A stretch of DNA of 55,099 nucleotides, from positions 1 to 55,099 of the forward strand of contig JAJXZH010000024.1 in NCBI GenBank assembly GCA_021780155.1. The letters are read 5' to 3'. The notes under the pieces were generated by a model that had not been told where the DNA came from, did no database searches, and saw only the letters and a list, made by a program, of their open reading frames with translations. Positions within the stretch are counted from its first letter, which is position 1, and each line of letters opens with the position of its first letter. Made by a program: the position numbers and the translations under genes. The stretch is from a bacterium. GTDB lineage: Bacteria; Patescibacteriota; Minisyncoccia; UBA6257; JAGOQP01. Shown in pieces: positions 1 to 8,509 of this stretch.

Positions 1-377
1 AGAGTAGGAAGACCTAAGTTAGCACAGGTAGAGGTGGTATCAGGAATTGAGACATAGACGGTATTAGCCAGTCCAAAGTTAGTTATTCCTTGTGATTCTA
101 AGACGGATAAGGCTTGATTGATTGAGGTAAGATCATTCATTCTGGTGACATCTCTGGTTTGTTTGAGATATTCTGCGGGGTTAAGGATGATTATTACAGC
201 GGCAGTGAGAATGGCTAAGATACCTATTACTACCAATAACTCTATGAGAGTGAAGCTTGTGTTGGATTGTAGAGGCAAAGTAAATTTGGATCTTTTTAGA
301 GGAGAGGCCATCTTATTTTGTTTAGAAAAGATATGATGTATTTTTTGGGTTTGGGTAGATAAAGATTGTATATTCAT
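1..377 (-). CDS. Type IV pilin-like protein with prepilin N-terminal cleavage/methylation motif (partial, runs off window start)
   Basis: Manual translation from ATG at 377: MNIQSLSTQ...LQSNTS-FTLIELLVVIGILAILTAAVIIILNPAEYLKQTRDVTRMNDL. Class III signal peptide with E5 and a hydrophobic helix. Not in the ORF track. Confidence 0.88.
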   Translation of the reverse strand, partial: MNIQSLSTQTQKIHHIFSKQNKMASPLKRSKFTLPLQSNTSFTLIELLVVIGILAILTAAVIIILNPAEYLKQTRDVTRMNDLTSINQALSVLESQGITNFGLANTVYVSIPDTTSTCANLGLPT

Positions 378-469
378 ATGTTTTATTTATTATACTTTGT
401 TTGGATTTTTTTGTATAGATTTTTTGGTTTTGTGAGTTGTTTATTTTCACCACAAATTTTTAATAGATA

Positions 470-877
470 TCAAAATCCCGTAAGAGATTGCCTGAGCGTA
501 TTAAGATAATTAATCGATTCCCCATAAATAAGCCAGATGGTAATAATAGAGGAAAGCAAAGTTAAGCCAATGGCAATAATGCCGATTTTTTTGGCTTGAG
601 GGTTTTGCTTCATAAAATATTTTACTCCCGGCCAAAATCCCAGCGGTGGCAAAAAAACACTTATAAAATAAATTCCGACTTGAGTCCAAACCGAAATTTC
701 ACCCAATGTTTCTTTTAAATTAGTTCCGCAATTGGGACAAAAATAATATTCCGGTTTTATCGGCTGATGACAAACGGGGCAAAAAAACTGGTTTTGGTTT
801 AAATTGCTCGGGTTATTCAATTTAGGACTTTGAACAGCGCTCTGATCCTGAATTGGTTCTGAATAATTATTTTCCAT
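470..877 (-). CDS. Zinc-ribbon domain membrane protein
   Basis: CPVC...CPNC motif followed by two hydrophobic helices. Confidence 0.7.
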   Translation of the reverse strand: MENNYSEPIQDQSAVQSPKLNNPSNLNQNQFFCPVCHQPIKPEYYFCPNCGTNLKETLGEISVWTQVGIYFISVFLPPLGFWPGVKYFMKQNPQAKKIGIIAIGLTLLSSIITIWLIYGESINYLNTLRQSLTGF

Positions 878-984
878 ATCTTAAATATAATATCAAAAAA
901 TTAATATTTTTAAAATGGCGCGCAGATAATCGAATTTTTACTATTTTATTTGTTAGCTTTTAATTCTTGTGATAATGTTAAAAA

Positions 985-1590
985 GTGATTGAACAAATAA
1001 CGCTATTTATTCAAAATTATCAATCAATTGTTTATTTGATAGTTTTTCTGGCGATTATCGCCGAAGGAGATATCTCTCTTCTTTTGTTTGGCGCTTTAAG
1101 CAAGATAGGGATTTTGAATTTTTCAAGAACACTGGGAGTGGTTATTTTAGCGGCAATGACTCACGATGTTATTTTCTGGAAGATAGGAGAGAAACTATCC
1201 GTTATGAAAAATAAAAAATATCTGTTCTTGGATTTTGAAAGAATGGGTCATTTTTTGGACAAGATAAAACCATCAATAGGAATTTATGTTATTCTCTCAA
1301 AGTTTGCCTGGAATTTTAACAGAATAGTAATTGTTTCAAGCGGATATATAAAAACACCCATAAAAAAATTCATAAAATATTCTTTTTTGTCGTCGTTTTT
1401 ATGGTCTGTGAGTTATATGTCTTTGGGTTATGTCTTTGCCGATCAGACGGATATTTTTAAACAAAAATTGGAGGTTGCCGGCATTCTTGTAATCGGAATA
1501 ATTCTGATAATGGCGCTTTTTGAAATTTACATCAAAAAAGCCGTCAAAAAATATTTCTTCCAAAGCGACGGCTCTGATATAAAAAATTAA
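985..1590 (+). CDS. DedA/VTT family membrane protein
   Basis: AEGD..LLFGAL, HD..FWKIG, SKF...R..G motifs and multiple TM segments. Confidence 0.8.
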   Translation: MIEQITLFIQNYQSIVYLIVFLAIIAEGDISLLLFGALSKIGILNFSRTLGVVILAAMTHDVIFWKIGEKLSVMKNKKYLFLDFERMGHFLDKIKPSIGIYVILSKFAWNFNRIVIVSSGYIKTPIKKFIKYSFLSSFLWSVSYMSLGYVFADQTDIFKQKLEVAGILVIGIILIMALFEIYIKKAVKKYFFQSDGSDIKN

Positions 1591-1639
1591 AAAGTGGAAA
1601 TTGGCCTTGAAAAAAGATACTATATCTTTGTAAAAATAA

Positions 1640-1713
1640 GGACGATTAGCTCAGTTGGTTAGAGCGTCTCGTTTACACCGAGAAGGTCGCAGGTTCGAAT
1701 CCTGCATCGTCCA
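1640..1713 (+). tRNA. tRNA-Val (anticodon TAC)
   Basis: Acceptor GGACGAT/ATCGTCC, D-arm AGCTCAGTTGGTTAGAGC, anticodon arm TCTCG-TTTACAC-CGAGA, T-loop GGTTCGAATCC; CCA not encoded. Confidence 0.95.
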
Positions 1714-1741
1714 CTAAATTAAAAGCAATTTATTATTTTAA

Positions 1742-2278
1742 ATGAGTTTGTTTTCAATTGTTTTTGTTATAATAATGTTCATTTTGACCGCCGCGTTTTT
1801 GTCTTTGGCGATTGCGGGGGTGTCTTTTGCTCCATGGGTGCCAACAAGCAAAAAAGACATTCAACGAATTATTGATATCTCCCAAATTAAAGAAGGACAG
1901 ATAATTTATGACTTGGGTTGTGGAATTGGGACGGTCGTTTTTGAAATAACCAAACAATTGCCGGTTTCGGCGGTAGGCTTTGAGAGGGCTTGGCCATTGT
2001 TTTTGGTTTGTCTTTGGAGAAAAAAGTTGGGGGCATTTAAAGGAACTCCCAATTTTGAATTCGGAAATTTCTTTAAAAAAGATATTTCCAAAGCCGATAT
2101 AATTTATATTTTTGGAATGCCCGATAAAATCCTGAAAAAATTAAAGCCAAAGATGGAAAAAGAGTTAAAAAAAGGGACCAAGGTAGTTTCTTACGTTTTT
2201 CCGATAGAAGGATGGAGGGAATCAAAAATAGACAAAATCAGCGGACGCCCTCAAATTTATCTTTATATCAAAGAATAA
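1742..2278 (+). CDS. Membrane-anchored class I SAM-dependent methyltransferase
   Basis: N-terminal TM helix, APWVPT motif, YDLGCGIG motif I. Confidence 0.85.
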   Translation: MSLFSIVFVIIMFILTAAFLSLAIAGVSFAPWVPTSKKDIQRIIDISQIKEGQIIYDLGCGIGTVVFEITKQLPVSAVGFERAWPLFLVCLWRKKLGAFKGTPNFEFGNFFKKDISKADIIYIFGMPDKILKKLKPKMEKELKKGTKVVSYVFPIEGWRESKIDKISGRPQIYLYIKE

Positions 2279-2279
2279 A

Positions 2280-2654
2280 TTATCTTCTCCCCCTGCCAAT
2301 TAGAATATCTTGTTGAACTTTTGAATTGTTTCTTTTGAAAACCGAGTGCCCAACGCCTTTGAGCGCTTTGGCAACCATACGAGACATTATCAAAAAAACT
2401 TCTTTTGAATTTTTTTCCCAAGTCGGATGTTTTTTATAAGTCGCCGCCAAAACTCCATTGCGAGCAAGATGGTCTTTCAAAAAACGGGCTATGGAATTTT
2501 TTTGAGCCAAAGAAAGCTTTTTTGACTCGGCGAAGTTCCACCACCCCCTGACTTCAACATCTTTTTGTTCTTGATTTTTATTTTTGTTGTTTAACCGAGC
2601 CGGTTCAAATTTAATTTCGCTTTTCACAATTTCAAAAATTTTGTCTTTGTCCAT
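2280..2654 (-). CDS. ArfB-like paralog lacking the GGQ motif
   Basis: Colinear similarity by eye to the upstream ArfB (EIKFE/EIRFE, GWWNFAESK/GLWNFSVSK, N.K.V...MS....KA.K); the GGQ loop is replaced by NNKNKNQ. Confidence 0.65.
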   Translation of the reverse strand: MDKDKIFEIVKSEIKFEPARLNNKNKNQEQKDVEVRGWWNFAESKKLSLAQKNSIARFLKDHLARNGVLAATYKKHPTWEKNSKEVFLIMSRMVAKALKGVGHSVFKRNNSKVQQDILIGRGRR

Positions 2655-2701
2655 AAGATTTGTAATTTGGATTAAAAATAATTAGTTTTCCCGACCGATA
2701 A

Positions 2702-3124
2702 CTACTCATTAATACGGGAGCGAAGCTTTTTTGTTTCAGAATTCTTTTTTTTGGAAAAAATCCTGGATTCTTTTTGAGAAACGGAAGGGTTGGTGGGAAT
2801 TCTTGTTTTTTTAACTTTAACCGCTTTTTCAATTAATTGAGACATCAAATTGATGACATCTTTTTTGTTGTCCAATTGAGAACGATTTTTTTGGCTGGAT
2901 ACGGCGATGGCTCTTCCAAAAATAATCTTGTTTTTTAATTTTTCTTTTATTCTTTGTCTGTCGTCGTTATTGATTAGTTTGGAAACGGAAAAATTCCACA
3001 GGCCGGTTATTTTGGTATTTTTCTTATTAACATTTTGCCCTCCGGGTCCTGACGACTTGGAACTTTCAAATCTGATTTCTTTTTTGATGATTCCAAGAAA
3101 ATTTTTTGGTTTTAAATTTGCCAT
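2702..3124 (-). CDS. arfB: Alternative ribosome rescue factor ArfB (peptidyl-tRNA hydrolase)
   Basis: SSGPGGQNVNK, SQKNRSQLDN and basic tail RIFSKKKNSETKKLR; start placed at ATG 3124, 6 nt after TGGTATAAT. Confidence 0.92.
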   Translation of the reverse strand: MANLKPKNFLGIIKKEIRFESSKSSGPGGQNVNKKNTKITGLWNFSVSKLINNDDRQRIKEKLKNKIIFGRAIAVSSQKNRSQLDNKKDVINLMSQLIEKAVKVKKTRIPTNPSVSQKESRIFSKKKNSETKKLRSRINE

Positions 3125-3551
3125 AAACTGATTATACCACCAAAGGCAACCAAACAATAAACGAGATAAAAAAAGTTCGATATGCCCCAAGATAAACAGA
3201 ACACAAAAGATTGATTTTAAAAAATAATTTTTATCAGATCTTTCTATTTCTATAATAATTTTTGTTATTAATAAACTATTTTGTCTATCAATCCCCTTGC
3301 CGGACTTTTTCTAAAAATTTTTTTGTCTTGCCGGACTTTTTAATAAATTACACATTTCAATGCCAAGTTATAAATCCTTTTTCAAAAAATAAAACAAGAC
3401 ATCAAAAAAAGCTAGTATCCATGCCGAAAGTGAGTTTCCGCATGAAACCTATCTTTTTTAAAAAATGGTAAAAATAGTGTGAAACATTCGTTTTTCAAAA
3501 AAAGTCACCTATCGCATGAATACTGGCTTTTTTGAAATTGTTTCACAAAAA

Positions 3552-3567
3552 TGTTTCACGTGAAACA
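3552..3567. promoter_or_regulatory. parS: parS site (ParB-binding centromere-like site)
   Basis: Perfect TGTTTCACGTGAAACA palindrome, matching the established parS consensus. Confidence 0.92.
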
Positions 3568-3605
3568 TTTTTAGCCATATTTTGATGGTCAAAAACGAGA
3601 TAAAA

Positions 3606-3621
3606 TGTTTCACGTGAAACA
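3606..3621. promoter_or_regulatory. parS: parS site
   Basis: Perfect TGTTTCACGTGAAACA. Confidence 0.92.
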
Positions 3622-3685
3622 TTTTCTTTCAAAATAATCCGGCAAGGTAATTATTTGCCTTGCCAAGCTCTTTGCCGGACTTCAT

Positions 3686-3701
3686 TGTTTCACGTGAAAC
3701 A
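3686..3701. promoter_or_regulatory. parS: parS site
   Basis: Perfect TGTTTCACGTGAAACA. Confidence 0.92.
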
Positions 3702-3766
3702 TTTTCTTTCAAAATAGTCCGGCAAAAGTAGTTTAAAAAATGAAAATTAACATATATAATATATTT

Positions 3767-4195
3767 ATGGATAATATAGAGATTGGAAAAATTGGAGAAA
3801 ATATCGCCTGTGGATATCTCGTGAATAACAATTATAAAATAATTGAACGAAACTATAGAGAAAAAATGGGAGAAATTGATGTTATCGCAAAATCTCCAGA
3901 TAAAACCTTGACTTTTATTGAAGTCAAAACAATCTCTGTGCCAAACTTGCCTGTGGAAAAGAGTCCGGCAAGTTATCCACACCTTGCCGGACTCAAATAT
4001 AATCAAGATGACGATTTTTTATATCCGGAAGATGAAATGAGTGTTTCAAAGATAAAAAAATTTAGACGGATCTGCCAATGGTATGCCAATCTAAAACCCA
4101 AACTGGTTAATAATAAAGGATATCAACTTGACGCAATAACTATATTATTGGATAATAATAAAAAAACTTTAATAAAGCACTATAAAAATATATAG
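3767..4195 (+). CDS. yraN: YraN (UPF0102) family nuclease-like protein with an internal insertion
   Basis: GKIGENIACGYL, IIERNY, GEIDVIA, FIEVKT, LDAI, HYKN; alternative start at 3740. Confidence 0.9.
   Translation: MDNIEIGKIGENIACGYLVNNNYKIIERNYREKMGEIDVIAKSPDKTLTFIEVKTISVPNLPVEKSPASYPHLAGLKYNQDDDFLYPEDEMSVSKIKKFRRICQWYANLKPKLVNNKGYQLDAITILLDNNKKTLIKHYKNI
3973..3981 (+). promoter_or_regulatory. Perfect DnaA box inside yraN, flanked by inverted motif copies
   Basis: GAGTCCGGCAAG-TTATCCACA-C-CTTGCCGGACTC; a second box, TGTGGAAAA, lies at 3952-3960. Confidence 0.6.
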
Positions 4196-4332
4196 CTAAA
4201 AATAATTTTTGAAGAAATTATTTTGTGATTTAAACCAAACAATTATGCGCGGTAAAAAATACTATTTACTAATTGACTGCCGATGATTATTATTTACTAA
4301 ACGATTTGCCGATTTAACTATTCAATCATTTT

Positions 4333-4881
4333 ATGTCAGGACACAATAAGTGGGCGCAGATAAAAAGAAAGAAAGAAGTCACCGACAAAAAAAGAAGTCA
4401 AATTTTTTCAAAACTTCTTAAAGCGATTTCGATTGCCGCCAAAAACGATTCCAACCCAAACTATAATCCTATTTTAAAGTCGGCCATTGAGAGGGCAAAG
4501 GAATTTAATGTCCCTCAAGAAAACATAGAAAGAGCAATTAAAAAATCTTCCGATTTGGAAAATATAAAAGAGATTTTAATTGAGGCCTACGGACCGGAAG
4601 GAACAGCTCTTCTAATTGAAGTTCAAACCGACAACAGCAATCGATCCGTTGCTGAAATAAAAAAGATTTTAAACGAACACGGGGGAAAATGGGGAGACCC
4701 GGGAAGTGTGACTTGGGCATTCGAAAAAACGGACAAAGGATATCTGGCAAAGTTTCCTCAAAAAATTCAATTGAGTTCCGAGGAGCGGTTGATAAAATTA
4801 ATGGAGGCGCTCGATGACCATGACGATGTTGTTGAAATTTATTCCAGTGCCGATTTGGAAAACGATGGACAAGATAAATAA
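4333..4881 (+). CDS. yebC: YebC/PmpR family protein (short form)
   Basis: MSGHNKWAQIKRKK, EAYGPEG, TDNSNRS, LDDHDDV. Confidence 0.95.
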   Translation: MSGHNKWAQIKRKKEVTDKKRSQIFSKLLKAISIAAKNDSNPNYNPILKSAIERAKEFNVPQENIERAIKKSSDLENIKEILIEAYGPEGTALLIEVQTDNSNRSVAEIKKILNEHGGKWGDPGSVTWAFEKTDKGYLAKFPQKIQLSSEERLIKLMEALDDHDDVVEIYSSADLENDGQDK

Positions 4882-4909
4882 AATTAAGATTATAACTTTT
4901 TAATTCAAA

Positions 4910-5419
4910 ATGATTATTTTAGGAATAGACCCGGGAAGCACGCGTGCCGGATACGGAGTGATAAATTTCCCGCAAAAAGGAGGGCAAAAACCCGAGTTTA
5001 TAGACGGTGGGATAATACAGGTATTTTCCAAGGACAAAAGCCAACGCTTGGTAGATCTTAAAAATTCTCTTATCCCAATAATCAAAAAATTTTCTCCGGA
5101 CGTTGCTGGAATAGAGAAATTATATTTTGTCAAAAATATGAAAACCGCTCTGGAAGTGGCACAATCGAGAGGAGTAATTATGATGTGCCTTCAAGAAAAC
5201 AAAATACCAATGGAAGAGTTTACCCCTCTTGAGGTAAAACAAGGGGTCTGTGGATACGGCAATGCCGATAAGATAGCCGTCACTAAGATGGTGAAGAGAA
5301 TTCTTAAAATAGAGGATTTAAATCAACCGGACGACGTTTATGACGCTTTGGCAATAGCAATTATTTCCGGATATTCAATAAAAAACAAAAAACCGGAAAA
5401 TCAACCCAAAAACCTTTGA
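4910..5419 (+). CDS. ruvC: Holliday junction resolvase RuvC
   Basis: ILGIDPG, IEKLYF, GYGNADK, DDVYDALAIA. Confidence 0.96.
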   Translation: MIILGIDPGSTRAGYGVINFPQKGGQKPEFIDGGIIQVFSKDKSQRLVDLKNSLIPIIKKFSPDVAGIEKLYFVKNMKTALEVAQSRGVIMMCLQENKIPMEEFTPLEVKQGVCGYGNADKIAVTKMVKRILKIEDLNQPDDVYDALAIAIISGYSIKNKKPENQPKNL

Positions 5420-5477
5420 CAAAAAAAATATATCCATTATATTTTTATAGTCGTTTTTTATTATTATTAATTAACAT

Positions 5478-5741
5478 ATGTCTAACGAATTATTGTTAAA
5501 TTTTCCTTTGGCGGCTTTCTCTAATTTAGATTACGACAGCGAAGATGACGAATTTGAATACAAAGAGACGAGATTGGACAGTAGCAGCAAAGACGAAGAC
5601 GACGAGGATGATGTAGATAAAGAGTGGGATGAAAATATATCCACGGGAGATGATGACGACGAAGATGACGAAGAAAAAGACAAAGAAAAAGAAGAAGACG
5701 AAGAAGATGATGACGACGAGGAAGACGAAGACGAAGAATAA
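5478..5741 (+). CDS. Highly acidic small protein
   Basis: 87 aa with about 55% Asp/Glu; upstream TTGACA-N16-TATATT promoter-like sequence and downstream terminator. Confidence 0.65.
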   Translation: MSNELLLNFPLAAFSNLDYDSEDDEFEYKETRLDSSSKDEDDEDDVDKEWDENISTGDDDDEDDEEKDKEKEEDEEDDDDEEDEDEE

Positions 5742-5745
5742 AAAC

Positions 5746-5771
5746 AACCCCTCTAAAATTGGAGGGGTTTT
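5746..5771 (+). terminator. Intrinsic terminator
   Basis: AACCCCTCT-loop-GGAGGGGTT followed by Ts. Confidence 0.65.
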
Positions 5772-5809
5772 AAATTACAAAATAACAAAAATATACTATA
5801 ATTTAATCT

Positions 5810-7963
5810 ATGCCAAACATTGATAAAAAACACAGACTTAAAAAAATATTTTTATATGGATTTATTTCTTTGCTTGCAATCGGAGTTGTGGGATTGGTTT
5901 ATTTTATACAAATAATAAGAAGCTTGCCTCATCCGGAAAATATAGCAGACCTTCAACCGGTTCAATCAACAAAAATATACGACCGAACAGGGCAAATTCT
6001 TCTTTATGAAATACACGGCAACGAAAACAGAACAGTGATATCCCCTCAAGACATACCTAATTTTATGAAAGAAGCCGCTGTTGCCATAGAAGACCAGGGA
6101 TTTTATCAACACTCGGCGTTGGATTGGAAGGGAATTGCCAGAGCGTTTTTTGTCAATCTTTTACGAGGCAAAATATCCCAAGGGGGATCAACTATTACTC
6201 AACAATTGGCTAAAACGATTTTTTTAACTCCGGAAAGAACAGTTAGCCGAAAAATAAAAGAGTGGATACTTTCTTATTGGATAGAACAGAATTATTCCAA
6301 AGACGAAATACTTGATTATTATTTAAATCAAATACCTCTCGGGTCAAACGCTTACGGGATAGAAGCCGCAGCTCAGTTTTATTTTGGCATAGACGCCAAA
6401 GACATGACCCTGCCCGAATGTGCCACCTTGGCGGCAATGATTCAGTCGCCAACATATTATTCCCCCTGGGGGCCCCATAAAGACGAGCTTCTGGCGAGAA
6501 AAAATCACGTCCTGGAACAAATGAAGGCATTGGGGTATATAAATGACCAACAATTATCGCAAGCAATGAATCAGCAGTTGGTATTTCAACCTCAATCAAT
6601 AGGAAATATCAAAGCTCCGCATTTTGTTATGAAAGTTAGAGACGATTTAATAAATAAATATGGAGACAGCATGGTTGAAAATGGAGGATTGAAAGTAATC
6701 ACCACTCTTGATTACAATCTCCAACAAGCCGCAGAAAAAGCCGTTGCCGATGGAGTCGCCAGAAATACAAAATTATACAAAGGAACCAATGCCTCTCTTG
6801 TCGCTCAAGACCCCAAAACGGGGCAAATTTTGGCGATGGTTGGTTCGGCTGATTACTTTGATAAGAATATAGACGGAAATTTTAATGTCGCCACGCAAGG
6901 GCTAAGACAACCCGGATCTTCCTTCAAGCCGTTTGTTTATCTGACCGCTCTTCAGGAAGGATACACTCCCGACACGATTGTTTTTGATACACCCACAGAA
7001 TTTTCCCCCAACAATCCTAATTGTCCGGCAATTCCCGATTTTACCCAAAAAAACACCCAATGCTTCCACCCACAAAACTTTGATAATCTTTTTAGAGGAC
7101 CGGTGCCGATGAAACAAGCGTTGGCTCAATCATTAAATGTCCCATCGGTTAAATTCTTGTATTTAGCTGGAATTCAAAACTCAATAGAAACCGCTCAAAA
7201 GATGGGAATAACTACTTTAAACGACCCATCGTCTTACGGATTGTCTCTTGTTTTGGGGGGAGGAGCGGTGAAATTAATTGATATGGTGGGAGCCTATTCT
7301 GTTTTTTCTCAAGACGGAGTCCAACATCCAACTTCATATATTTTAAGCGTTCAAGACAACAAAGGACAAACATTAGACCAATACGTGGATAATGCGGTTC
7401 AAGTAGAGGATCCTCAATATATAAGAGTTATTAATTCTATATTATCAGACCCCAATTTAAGAGCTCCATTGTTTGGCGCAAGCTTAAATTTAACTACATT
7501 CAAGGGATACCAAGTGGCGTTAAAAACAGGAACCACCAACGATTACAGAGACGCTTGGGTTTTGGGATATACTCCATTTTTAACCGTCGGAGTTTGGGCA
7601 GGAAACAGCGATTACTCTCCTATGCAAAAAAGCGGTGGAAGTATTTTAGCGGCCGTTCCAATGTGGAGCGAATTTTTAAACAGCGTCATCAACCAATACC
7701 CCCCGGAGACATTCAATCCACCATCTCCTTTAATGTCGTCCAAACCAATGCTTAACGGTCAATACGTTTATTATTCCAATAACGACACCAGCTCTTCCCC
7801 TCAAATTCACAACATTCTCTATTACGTTGACAGAAATAATCCTCAGTCAGATTTTTCAGTTCCAAATCCGGGAAACGATCCTCAATTTAATAATTGGGAA
7901 ACGTCCGTTATAAACTGGGCAAAAATAAATGTCCCCAATTTTGATTCCATCTACAACAAATAA
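5810..7963 (+). CDS. Class A penicillin-binding protein (transglycosylase/transpeptidase, PBP1A family)
   Basis: EDQGFYQH, QGGSTITQQL, RKIKE; transpeptidase motifs SSFK, SLN, KTGT. Confidence 0.95.
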   Translation: MPNIDKKHRLKKIFLYGFISLLAIGVVGLVYFIQIIRSLPHPENIADLQPVQSTKIYDRTGQILLYEIHGNENRTVISPQDIPNFMKEAAVAIEDQGFYQHSALDWKGIARAFFVNLLRGKISQGGSTITQQLAKTIFLTPERTVSRKIKEWILSYWIEQNYSKDEILDYYLNQIPLGSNAYGIEAAAQFYFGIDAKDMTLPECATLAAMIQSPTYYSPWGPHKDELLARKNHVLEQMKALGYINDQQLSQAMNQQLVFQPQSIGNIKAPHFVMKVRDDLINKYGDSMVENGGLKVITTLDYNLQQAAEKAVADGVARNTKLYKGTNASLVAQDPKTGQILAMVGSADYFDKNIDGNFNVATQGLRQPGSSFKPFVYLTALQEGYTPDTIVFDTPTEFSPNNPNCPAIPDFTQKNTQCFHPQNFDNLFRGPVPMKQALAQSLNVPSVKFLYLAGIQNSIETAQKMGITTLNDPSSYGLSLVLGGGAVKLIDMVGAYSVFSQDGVQHPTSYILSVQDNKGQTLDQYVDNAVQVEDPQYIRVINSILSDPNLRAPLFGASLNLTTFKGYQVALKTGTTNDYRDAWVLGYTPFLTVGVWAGNSDYSPMQKSGGSILAAVPMWSEFLNSVINQYPPETFNPPSPLMSSKPMLNGQYVYYSNNDTSSSPQIHNILYYVDRNNPQSDFSVPNPGNDPQFNNWETSVINWAKINVPNFDSIYNK

Positions 7964-8025
7964 AACTTGATTTAAACAAAAAAATAACCCATCATTCTTT
8001 TTAGATTCTTTAAAAAGGAGGCTTT

Positions 8026-8472
8026 TTGAAAAAACAAAGTAGTGTTTTAATTTGTTTTTTGTTTGCGTTTCTTTTTGGTTGCTCTTCTATAAAATCCGAA
8101 ATTATACCAAATAAAAAAATAAATCCCGATTACAATGAATTAAAAAATGATTTTAAAATAAACACCGACTGGATTTGTGAAAACAACACATCAATAAAAA
8201 CATTTGAGCTTTATCAAAACAAAACAAACCAATCAATTTATATTCAGGAGATAAAAAATTCAAAAAATAAAAACGATTTGGTTTTATATTATCTAAAATC
8301 GGACAGCAAAGATTTTAATTTAATTGCTTATGCTTATAGCTTTGAAAAACGCATTTTAAGCTATAAAGAATTAAGTTCTATCCACTGGATAAACTGCCAA
8401 TTAGTTTGTAAAGACGAACAACTGAAAGAAACTATTTTGAAATTATGGGATAAAAAACTTCCTGGAAAATAA
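8026..8472 (+). CDS. Hypothetical lipoprotein
   Basis: AAGGAGG SD before a TTG start; lipobox LFGC. Confidence 0.6.
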   Translation: MKKQSSVLICFLFAFLFGCSSIKSEIIPNKKINPDYNELKNDFKINTDWICENNTSIKTFELYQNKTNQSIYIQEIKNSKNKNDLVLYYLKSDSKDFNLIAYAYSFEKRILSYKELSSIHWINCQLVCKDEQLKETILKLWDKKLPGK

Positions 8473-8476
8473 GTTC

Positions 8477-8505
8477 AAAAAACTCCGCATAATCGCGGAG
8501 TTTTT
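8477..8505. terminator. Bidirectional intrinsic terminator
   Basis: AAAAACTCCGC-ATAATC-GCGGAGTTTTT between convergent genes. Confidence 0.75.
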
Positions 8506-8509
8506 ATTA

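Larger units (their letters stand above)
3296..3725. repeat. Cluster of AGTCCGGCAA(G)/(C)TTGCCGGACT motifs interleaved with parS sites
   Basis: Copies at 3296-3306, 3327-3337 and 3671-3681 (reverse), and at 3636-3646 and 3716-3725 (forward). Confidence 0.8.

Noticed and set aside
118-336. 72-aa plus-strand ORF
   Set aside because: Antisense shadow of the pilin gene on the minus strand.
3629-4006. 125-aa minus-strand ORF containing VSRET
   Set aside because: Antisense to yraN; VSRET is just the translation of a parS site.
5526-5823. Phe/Val-rich (5526-5747, minus) and Lys/Thr-rich (5629-5823, plus) ORFs
   Set aside because: Alternative-frame readings of the GAN-rich acidic protein gene.
7023-7031. 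Scattered near-matches to the AGTCCGGCAAG motif (also about 17547 and 44936)
   Set aside because: Single, mismatched copies; CCGG is common in this sequence, so they were not counted as sites.
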